In this document: in pieces, positions 47,349 through 55,682 of the stretch
Position numbering within the stretch: the stretch's first letter is position 1
Layout of the letters: each line of letters opens with the position of its first letter
From: Patescibacteria group bacterium
GTDB taxonomy: Bacteria > Patescibacteriota > Patescibacteriia > UBA10025 > JAHIVO01
Length of the DNA stretch: 64,000 bases
Assembly (NCBI GenBank): GCA_028718605.1
Contig: JAQULM010000001.1
Span: 337,073-401,072, forward strand
Reading direction: 5' to 3'
The notes under the pieces: model-generated
What the model was told of the DNA's origin: nothing
The model's database searches: none
The model's input: only the letters and a program-made list of their open reading frames with translations
Position numbers and translations under genes: made by a program

Positions 47349-49820
47349 TTAAAGCTCAGCACACGAAAAACTTTGGATCTTGCTCGATGAATCTAAAATA
47401 ATTCCCTTGATGAATGTCCCCGTTTGGCAATTAAACGACCCCGTGCCTGATACATTGACCGAGGATTCCGAGCCCCATTCATTGTTCGCCACTTTCAGGT
47501 CGGCTCCGACTGATACGTGGCCGCTCCGGGCGCACGTCCCGTCCCAGCTCGACTGGCCGAGCAAATTCTGGCAGTCACTGGCTGCCTCGCACGGCCGCGA
47601 ATAAAAATACATATTATTATAAAAGCAAACCGCTTGCGTATTAATATCAGCGGTACCGGTTATCTTGATATTGCCCTTCTGCACCGCGCTATTGAGGCTA
47701 TCGACATTGCATGTCTGGCCAGACGGGCAATTGGCACTATACATGCATTCCTCATACGGCGATCCGCCTGAGCATGTCCCAATATTATCTTTCAAATTAA
47801 CGACGCTGCTCGTACTCGTAAATGCGCTGCCCGTGCCTGCATAGATGCGGATGACCGACGTTCCGCTGTCCGAGGCATTCGTCGACCATATATACGTCCC
47901 GTCAAAAAGAGCACGCCAGGGGTGGAAATTCGTCGTGACTGTCTTGCCCAAGAAATCGGTATCCCGCAAGACGCATTGCCAGTCGTTACTGATACTTGTG
48001 CAATCAATATCATTGTGGCAGCTCTGCGTTGGGCCGTTACCAGTTGTATTGCAGAAACCAGCGTAACAGCTCCAACCAGCTCCATGGGCGGCAACGCAAT
48101 CCGCATCCGTCCTGCACTGGCCATTGTCAATGCGCGTACAGAGGCCCGAACGGATATCTGGTGAAAGCCGGAGCACGGTTCCATTTGTCGCTCCCGCAAC
48201 GCTCGTGTCATTCAATGTAACTAGCCATAAATTCGATCCCGTATAGACGATGCCTTTTGGCTCATGCCCATGATATTCGGTCCCCAGCCTGAGATCGAGA
48301 CGCGGATGGTCCGGGTCGTCGGGATTCTCGGCCCACAATCGTGTCAAGCGCTGCGTATTCCACCCCGAAACCCAAATGTATTCTCCATCAAACGTCATCG
48401 CGTCAGGGTACATGCTATTTGCGGCCCAGGTGCGCGCCTGGTGCTCCGGATCCGGCGTATTCGGGTCTTCAGCCCATAGCCGGATAACACGGTGCCCTGG
48501 TGGATCGTAATTATGCACTCCAACCCACATGTATTCCCCGTCAAACGCAAACGCACGCGGAGTATCGCCGTCGTCCGGGAGGGTATAAGTAATTCTATCA
48601 GCTGTATTCTCGGCATCGACACGGACAATGCTGCCAACTCCACCACCCTGGACCGCAGCGAAAATATATTTATGGGCGTTCAGGGTTGCGACTCCCACCG
48701 AATAAACATAATACGTACCGGCGGCTGCGCTGACCTGCACTGACTCGAGCGTTTCGCCGGACGTGCTCACGCGGATAAGGTATCCATCCTCGGTACCAGC
48801 CCAAATGTCTTTGCCGTCAAAGGCCATCCCATACAAGCGCGGGTGAGTTCCGCCGACGCTGTACGAAGCGACTTCAACACCATCAGATGCACGCAACTTA
48901 AATAGGTTTTTGCTGCGGTTCGCGCCCATGGTTCCGTAATAATCCGTATTGACCCAGATATACGTCCCATCAAAAACAGCCCTGCCATAATCGCCCGTAT
49001 CCACTGAAGTGTAGAACGGTCCGGACATTTGTCCCGCAGTGAACGGGACCGCTGAATATTGTATCGCGCTCGGTGCGAACCGCTTGGAAACCACGTCAGT
49101 GCCGGCACCGAGCATGCCATCAAAATATCCCGCCCATCCATTCGGCTTATTCTTCCCGTAGACCGCCGCTGCGTCTGCGGCTTCGGTTACCGCGTAGATC
49201 CCGTACCCCGACGCGCTCTCGCCGCGCACGCCCACGTTCGCATCGCTGACGCCGTACACCGCCCAGCCGTCCGCGCTCTCACGATACCCGTACACGCCCG
49301 CATCGGCCGCCATGCCTGCGTCACCGACAATCCCGCTCCCTGAACTGCTTATAGCCTGCACGGGAACATCCGTTGCACCCGCGACTTCCACCGTGCCGCC
49401 GTCAACTTTCAACTTTGTGTTCGGAGTCCATACGTCCGTGCCGATGCCTACCCACGACTGAACGCTATTCGCATACAGCGTGTCGCCGTCAACACGCAAC
49501 GTGTCTGCATACGTATACTCAGTTGAAAATTTCGCTCCAGGTCCTTCCACGTCGAGCGGCTTTTCCGACGTAAAGATCAGCGAGCTTTCCTCGGTGATGC
49601 CATAATCCGGATCGATCTTCAAGTACCCGCTCTTTGCCTGGTCTTCTGCGCCGGCCGTCAACGGCTGGTAAAAAACACCGGCAGGCGGCGGGGCTTTCGG
49701 CTCGATCCACTCTGCGAGCGCTACCCGTGCGCCAAACGCAACCCCAATGCCAATGACAAGCGCAACGCACAGGAGCGCCTCTCGAGTTATTCGTGAAAAT
49801 TTTCCTCGCAGCTGTTTCAT
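47349..49820 (-). CDS. secreted fibre/beta-propeller adhesin-like protein (paralog 3)
   Basis: Signal-like N-terminus, WIEP..PP, Q.KSG.L, VGIGT, GVYG repeats, WAGYF, FDG.Y.W repeats and a C-terminal C..G.F..GI..C.EL cap. Start at 49820 or 49841. Confidence 0.8.
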   Translation of the reverse strand: MKQLRGKFSRITREALLCVALVIGIGVAFGARVALAEWIEPKAPPPAGVFYQPLTAGAEDQAKSGYLKIDPDYGITEESSLIFTSEKPLDVEGPGAKFSTEYTYADTLRVDGDTLYANSVQSWVGIGTDVWTPNTKLKVDGGTVEVAGATDVPVQAISSSGSGIVGDAGMAADAGVYGYRESADGWAVYGVSDANVGVRGESASGYGIYAVTEAADAAAVYGKNKPNGWAGYFDGMLGAGTDVVSKRFAPSAIQYSAVPFTAGQMSGPFYTSVDTGDYGRAVFDGTYIWVNTDYYGTMGANRSKNLFKLRASDGVEVASYSVGGTHPRLYGMAFDGKDIWAGTEDGYLIRVSTSGETLESVQVSAAAGTYYVYSVGVATLNAHKYIFAAVQGGGVGSIVRVDAENTADRITYTLPDDGDTPRAFAFDGEYMWVGVHNYDPPGHRVIRLWAEDPNTPDPEHQARTWAANSMYPDAMTFDGEYIWVSGWNTQRLTRLWAENPDDPDHPRLDLRLGTEYHGHEPKGIVYTGSNLWLVTLNDTSVAGATNGTVLRLSPDIRSGLCTRIDNGQCRTDADCVAAHGAGWSCYAGFCNTTGNGPTQSCHNDIDCTSISNDWQCVLRDTDFLGKTVTTNFHPWRALFDGTYIWSTNASDSGTSVIRIYAGTGSAFTSTSSVVNLKDNIGTCSGGSPYEECMYSANCPSGQTCNVDSLNSAVQKGNIKITGTADINTQAVCFYNNMYFYSRPCEAASDCQNLLGQSSWDGTCARSGHVSVGADLKVANNEWGSESSVNVSGTGSFNCQTGTFIKGIILDSSSKIQSFSCAEL

Positions 49821-49825
49821 AGTAT

Positions 49826-52800
49826 CTATAAGTCTCGGCATTGTAATTGGCTCCCTGGTCCGCTCCGGTTGTACCAAACGTCGTACGCCATGCATTTGTT
49901 GCATTCACCATTAGAATCGTTGTAGTATTCGCACTGCGGAAATGCATCTGGGCAATCTGCGTTGGAATCATCGCTCGCGCAGATATGCCCGCCGCCACAA
50001 CCCAGCGCATCCTCTATTGTTCGCTCCCACCATACGACATGCGTCCACCCGAGGCTATCAATCGCCACCTTTGGCGCGCCCGACTGCAGGGTCGGCGTCT
50101 GGCTGACATTTACATTCGGGTCAGCAAAACCACTGCCAGAATTGCCAGAAAGAGTCACCCAGTTGGTGCCGTTCCACCAGCGGTAGTACACTTCCCGCGG
50201 GCTGCCGCCCACTCCCGTATTATCTGTATACGCAATATGCGGCTGGTTGTTTACGATACGAACGGACGGGAAGAACGACCACGGGTCGGTACTGTCGTTA
50301 ACCCGCAGGTTCGTGCTGTTCGTCTGGCCGGTAACAGTCACCCAGTTGGTGCCGTTCCACGTCCGGTAAAAAATATACTGCCAGTCCACCCAGGCAATAC
50401 CCGGCGTATTATCGGAATACAGGCTGAGTGCGGAATATTTTGCGGAAAAATTGGTTGGCGGTTCGCCTGCTCCGAGTATATTCGCCACATTTTCATTGAC
50501 CTTGACGTTTGCACCGGCGGTTCCGGGTGTTGCATCACCGCTGATAGTCACCCAGCTGGTGCCGTTCCACCGCCGGAAATAAATCTGGCTGTAATCGCCG
50601 GCCGCTCCGTGCCTCCCTTCGGTCCAAACAATATTGGGCCGTTGATTTGGCGCTTCATTGCCGAGTGCGAGCATAGGATATTCTGATCGCTCAGTGCTAT
50701 AATCAGTGCCCGTGTTGCTTACGACAAGATTTGCGTCAAGCCTCGTATCGGCCCACGTCCCTCCTGTGCCCCAGGCACCGGATACCGTTACCCATGCGCC
50801 GTCGCCACCGTTGGCGGCAGGATCCCACCGCCGGTAAGAGATCTCATTATCATTTGGATTGGGTTCATCCGTATCAGTAGACATAAACGCAATATGCGGT
50901 ATCCCATCCCTGTCTACCTTCAGCGAAGGATTATACCCCCCGCCGACAGTCAAACCGCACCGCTCGAGGGTCGGGTAGCTCGGATAATCATCGCAGTAAC
51001 TCCAGTCAAAAACTGTATTCGGCTCCCCCCGCGCGCCCCGCGGTACATTCTGCGCTGTTTCCCACTGGCCACCATTCTCATCCGGATCCCAGCGCAGGTA
51101 GTACATCCCGCCGCCCTCGTTAACCCAGGTAACGTGGGGATTATTATCAGCGTCAAGCGCGAGTGTGGGAGTGCTCGCTCCTGGTTCTGCGGAAGAGTCA
51201 TCTTCGGTTTCTAAACAATTCGAAACATTGGTAATTTGATCGATTCCGCTCGGATCGTATTCCTGGCCGGCAGCATTTTCCCAGCGGTTGTCCTCGCTGT
51301 CCCACCGCACATACAATACTTCGAACGAATGCTCCCCGTCGTCCTGCACACACGTTGGATCCAAGTTAACCCATGCGATCCTGGGATCTCCGTCTGACCC
51401 TATCTCAATAGACGGCCCGTTGTACTTGCTCTCCACACTATCACGCGCCGCACCATCAGTACGACTTACGTTTTGTGCGGTATCCCACCTCGGTACGCTC
51501 GATAGAGTGATGCCTTTCGCGAACTCACCGGCAACGCAGCTATCACCGAAATAGCTCATGTCATCACTTGTACCCCCCCAGGCATTTGCAGACACAACGA
51601 GGTCACCCTCACACGTCCCTGCGCCGCACTCGCTGTCCTGCGTACACGCGACATCCGCGTTGTTGCTGCAATGGCTCAGCACTGTGAGGTCATTGCCGAA
51701 TGAAGCTGTCCCTGCGATAGAAATCGCACCTTGCTGGATATTCCTGTCAGATATGCCTGATAGGTACACCGAACTTGCAAGATCCGATGGCCGGTCCGTG
51801 CCGCCTGCCTGGAACTTGCGGAGCGTGTACTTGTCAGAGCTCCCGTCGAGAGCGGTGTGGCAGCTGCCCGCGAGCCAAACAGAGCTCCCGTCATACACGA
51901 GCCCGACTGCGCCACAGTAGTCGCCGAAATCAACGCTCTCTTTGGTCTCGCCCGTGGCGGCACTCATTCTCGTCAGATGCATATCATTGGACGACGTTTC
52001 CTCGCTGGTATCAGCTGCGCTCGAGCAGCCAGGATCCGGCTGGCCGGAACAGCCCGGCGATCCCACGGCGCCATCGTAATCGCACAGCCCATTGCCGTCA
52101 TTGTCTATGCCATCAGCGCATTCAATATCCGTCGTGGTGCCATAGTAATCGCTGCTGTCACCCTCGTGCAAGTCGTACGGATCCTGGCATTGCGGATCCG
52201 GCGGCAAACTATTACAACCGCCATAATCGCACGTCCCATCACCATCATTATCAATCTCGTCAGCACACTCGCGATGATTATTCCAGTCAAATGAAGAATT
52301 ATGCGCTGCCCACACATACGTACCGTCAAACAAAAGCTGGTCCACGCGCGCATAGACAATATTTTGAATATTTTGAGAAATACACGTACTGCTCGAACCG
52401 CAATCAATGTTCGAACACTCTCCGGGTGCCGTGCAATCCGCGTCAGATGCGCAGTAAAGATTCGTATTGGTGCAACGGCCTGGCTCAGTATATATCTTGG
52501 ATTTGCCGGCAATCGGGCAGGTCATTGTGCCGTCGCTGCACCCGAGCAGATCAATCTTATAGATTGCGTATCCCTGGCTATCCGCGTACCGCAGGCCGAG
52601 CCACGCGTACGTACCATCATATACGATCGCTTGGATGTTCCCCGCGAGCGCCTCGGGCAGCACTTTGTACGGCCCGGTGACTGCGCCGGTTGCAATGTTA
52701 ATTCTTGACAGGCTATCGGCACCTGTTGCCGTATCCGAGCGGGTTGTATGTGAAAACCATGCGTACCCATTTGCGATCATGAGCTTGTTTGGCTCTTTGA

Positions 52801-55678
52801 GGCTGCCGCCGGCAGTATAGGAAGAATACTCCGTGACCGTGCAGGTACCGGGGCTGCCGGCAACGCACGACTGGAGATCTACTTTCTGCACTTTATTGTA
52901 ATTATCCTGCGCCAGCCATAGGTTGCGGCCGTCAAAGCCGATATCGGAGCCGCTGCTCCTGGTAAGGGGCAAAACCCAATTATATTTTCCAATGACTGAT
53001 CCATCCCGCGGATCAATTTTCACGAGCATCTCGGCAGCTGACGCATCTTGAATAACCCAAACGTAGGTACCGTCAAAAAATGCGTACTTCGGATCATTCA
53101 CGTTCCCGTAGTCGCCAACTTTCGTACCGTCAGCGGCACGATACGCGCTAATGCTGTCCGCGTAGTTATTCGTTACCCAAATATTCGTCCCGTCAAACGC
53201 GATATCGCTCCGCGTCGTACCCTTAATCGAAAACGCTGTCGTGGTATATGGACTATTAATTTTACTCCGCGCGACCGTACCCGCGTACAACTGGGTCGTC
53301 CAAACATATGGCCCGCCTTTCGTCACACGGTCAAAATCAAAACCCCACACACCGCCGCTGAGGGGATAGGTGTGGTCGACAGTCTCTGATCCAATAGTAA
53401 ACTTTGTGATTTGCTCAGTGCCATAATTAGAAGCTACCCAGAGGAACGGACCGCCGCTCGAAACTGAATCGTACATAACCTGCGTATTCCCATATCCGTA
53501 TTGTGAATTGCTCGCATACAAGTACTCTTCGGCGATCAAGCCGGTTGCATTATTAAACCTGCCGAACCCCCGGAATGTGCCGGGTTGCCTACCCGAAGGA
53601 TTATGTGCAACCCAGAGCTGGTTATTCACGGGATCGTACGCCAGATCTGCATTGCCGCGGGCTGGTCCGGTGCAATAGTAATCCTGCAACGAGGCATTCA
53701 GAGGATCGGCTGCATTAATTTTACCGATACCTTCACCCACCGAAGCGGCCGAATACAGCGGACCGGAAGAAAACCAAATAGTCGTACCGTCAAATTCAAT
53801 GCCTGCCGCCATGCCAAACGGCCGCACGACGAGGCGCTCGTCATCATCGGGTCCGACATAATTTGCATTGCCGGGTACCGGATCATAGGGGCTCGATCCG
53901 GGCGTCGCTGTTGATAAATTACATTCAATATCAGGTGCTTTCCATGTATTACCGCATCCGCTCAAGCACGTTGCCTGGGTTGTGCAGTCGGCATCCGTGC
54001 AGGTCGTGCCGTCCCAGGTGCCTCCGGTGCACGTACCGCACTGCGCTTGGGTACACGCCTCGATGCTACATGTACCACCCCGCCATTCTGGAACAAAACC
54101 ATACTTATCAGCGCCGGCAGCAAGGCATGTTGCCTCATCGGTATACGTTTGATCAGTGCACGTACCCCCGGTCCACGCCGCCGCCGCATTGGCCGCCGTA
54201 CAAGCAGCCTGATCCGGAACACTGTCAAACACGCATAAGCCCGAATCGATATTCCCGTCAGCATCATTATCGAGCAGGTCAGTGCATTGATTGCCGACTT
54301 GCGACTGGCTTGAATACCGGTCCTGGTCAAGCGTTACGCATTGGCTGCGTGTGATCGGCGGAATCTCAACATACGTGCCGTAATCAGCGCTCGATTCATT
54401 GACGTTCAAGCGCGAAATGCTGTACGATTCGCCGATCTGATTTGCAGTCCAGATGTACGGGCCGCCTGCAGTTGCATCATCGTATACAAGATCCATCGCG
54501 TAGTTTCCGATCCCTGGGGCGTCCGCGGTCCAAAAATTCAAAATTTCAGGATTATTGGCATCCGGCGTAATCCGTGTCACTGCAGGATCCCACCAGCTCA
54601 AACCGCCATCCAGCCAGATGTAGCCATCTGCATAAATCATATTTGAAAAGCCATGGTTCGTTCGATCCACCGCTTCGCCATACACGGGACCGTATGGCTC
54701 AAACTCATTGATCAGCTGGCCGTTCACCGGATCGATGACAAATATCGCCGAGTCGTCAAAGTTCGCTACCCACACGTACCCATTGACATAGAGCACTGAT
54801 TCCGGCTCTGTGTTGCGGGCCGGCTCAATCTTCTCAAGCTCCCAGTTTGCGCTGTAGGGAACTGTAGAATATGACATGTCTGACTGGACAAATTTCCGGC
54901 CGGTGACATGCTCGGAACCGTACAAACGCTGTGCGAAATAGCCTGCCCAGGCACCGAGCCCTTTTGCGCTCGCGTATACGCCGGCAACAACATTAGTGCC
55001 AGGAATGGCTTCCCCAGCAGATTCGCCAGACACCGCGGACGCGGAAACGCTCTCAGCCATGATGCCCACGCCACCACCCGCATTCAGCCCCCACACGCCA
55101 GGGCCGGAAACGCTTGAGCCGTATACGGACGCCGCTGATGCGGCAGACGATGAGCCATAGACGCCATAACTCGCGTCCGAAGCTGCGTAGAGTGCGCTGC
55201 CAGTGCTTATCGGGCTTGCAGTGCTGCCGACGCGAAGCGTCCCATTCACAATATCGACAAGCGCCATCGGCGCATCAGTACCAATTCCAACCCGATTAAA
55301 TTCCGGCTGGACGTACAAAGTATCCGTATCGACTATGAGGGTACCGCTGCCTGACACATTTTCGCTTGCTGGTATCTCCAATGTCGTCATGGATACCGGG
55401 CGCGGACCGTGGACTTCAAGCGGATAGCTGATGCTCGGGAGGGGGTCAGCGGGATTATACAGGGGGTCGAGAAGAAGGCGCCCTTTCTTCGCCTGTGAAT
55501 CTGGTCCGATATTTATCGGCGCGTATATATTGCCCTCTGGCGCTGGCGCAGTCGGTTCTTGCCACTGTGCATGCACAATGTGCGACCCTGCGATGAATGC
55601 AATCACGATAAACGAAAAGCCTATGCACGTGAGCGCGGTTTTTGTGCTGCGCCGAAATGTAAGCGTAATTTTTTTCAT
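49826..55678 (-). CDS. secreted fibre/beta-propeller adhesin-like protein (paralog 2, ~1950 aa)
   Basis: Same N-terminal module (WQEP..PEGN.YAPIN.G..Q.K.G.L, VGIGT, WAGYF), FDG..W repeats, C.D..DND.DG..D repeats and an extra WNG..WVT repeat domain. Confidence 0.85.
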   Translation of the reverse strand: MKKITLTFRRSTKTALTCIGFSFIVIAFIAGSHIVHAQWQEPTAPAPEGNIYAPINIGPDSQAKKGRLLLDPLYNPADPLPSISYPLEVHGPRPVSMTTLEIPASENVSGSGTLIVDTDTLYVQPEFNRVGIGTDAPMALVDIVNGTLRVGSTASPISTGSALYAASDASYGVYGSSSAASAASVYGSSVSGPGVWGLNAGGGVGIMAESVSASAVSGESAGEAIPGTNVVAGVYASAKGLGAWAGYFAQRLYGSEHVTGRKFVQSDMSYSTVPYSANWELEKIEPARNTEPESVLYVNGYVWVANFDDSAIFVIDPVNGQLINEFEPYGPVYGEAVDRTNHGFSNMIYADGYIWLDGGLSWWDPAVTRITPDANNPEILNFWTADAPGIGNYAMDLVYDDATAGGPYIWTANQIGESYSISRLNVNESSADYGTYVEIPPITRSQCVTLDQDRYSSQSQVGNQCTDLLDNDADGNIDSGLCVFDSVPDQAACTAANAAAAWTGGTCTDQTYTDEATCLAAGADKYGFVPEWRGGTCSIEACTQAQCGTCTGGTWDGTTCTDADCTTQATCLSGCGNTWKAPDIECNLSTATPGSSPYDPVPGNANYVGPDDDERLVVRPFGMAAGIEFDGTTIWFSSGPLYSAASVGEGIGKINAADPLNASLQDYYCTGPARGNADLAYDPVNNQLWVAHNPSGRQPGTFRGFGRFNNATGLIAEEYLYASNSQYGYGNTQVMYDSVSSGGPFLWVASNYGTEQITKFTIGSETVDHTYPLSGGVWGFDFDRVTKGGPYVWTTQLYAGTVARSKINSPYTTTAFSIKGTTRSDIAFDGTNIWVTNNYADSISAYRAADGTKVGDYGNVNDPKYAFFDGTYVWVIQDASAAEMLVKIDPRDGSVIGKYNWVLPLTRSSGSDIGFDGRNLWLAQDNYNKVQKVDLQSCVAGSPGTCTVTEYSSYTAGGSLKEPNKLMIANGYAWFSHTTRSDTATGADSLSRINIATGAVTGPYKVLPEALAGNIQAIVYDGTYAWLGLRYADSQGYAIYKIDLLGCSDGTMTCPIAGKSKIYTEPGRCTNTNLYCASDADCTAPGECSNIDCGSSSTCISQNIQNIVYARVDQLLFDGTYVWAAHNSSFDWNNHRECADEIDNDGDGTCDYGGCNSLPPDPQCQDPYDLHEGDSSDYYGTTTDIECADGIDNDGNGLCDYDGAVGSPGCSGQPDPGCSSAADTSEETSSNDMHLTRMSAATGETKESVDFGDYCGAVGLVYDGSSVWLAGSCHTALDGSSDKYTLRKFQAGGTDRPSDLASSVYLSGISDRNIQQGAISIAGTASFGNDLTVLSHCSNNADVACTQDSECGAGTCEGDLVVSANAWGGTSDDMSYFGDSCVAGEFAKGITLSSVPRWDTAQNVSRTDGAARDSVESKYNGPSIEIGSDGDPRIAWVNLDPTCVQDDGEHSFEVLYVRWDSEDNRWENAAGQEYDPSGIDQITNVSNCLETEDDSSAEPGASTPTLALDADNNPHVTWVNEGGGMYYLRWDPDENGGQWETAQNVPRGARGEPNTVFDWSYCDDYPSYPTLERCGLTVGGGYNPSLKVDRDGIPHIAFMSTDTDEPNPNDNEISYRRWDPAANGGDGAWVTVSGAWGTGGTWADTRLDANLVVSNTGTDYSTERSEYPMLALGNEAPNQRPNIVWTEGRHGAAGDYSQIYFRRWNGTSWVTISGDATPGTAGANVKVNENVANILGAGEPPTNFSAKYSALSLYSDNTPGIAWVDWQYIFYRTWNGTNWVTVTGQTNSTNLRVNDSTDPWSFFPSVRIVNNQPHIAYTDNTGVGGSPREVYYRWWNGTNWVTLSGNSGSGFADPNVNVSQTPTLQSGAPKVAIDSLGWTHVVWWERTIEDALGCGGGHICASDDSNADCPDAFPQCEYYNDSNGECNKCMAYDVWYNRSGPGSQLQCRDL
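50154..50570. repeat. three near-identical 24-nt intragenic repeats (WNGT(N/S)WVT blades)
   Basis: GTCACCCAG(T/C)TGGTGCCGTTCCAC at 50154-50177, 50337-50360 and 50547-50570. Confidence 0.8.
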
Positions 55679-55682
55679 AATG

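Noticed and set aside
50154-50570. 24-nt repeats as a CRISPR array, DGR or shufflon sites
   Set aside because: They are in-frame protein blade repeats ~180-210 nt apart, and no cas, reverse transcriptase or recombinase gene is in the window.
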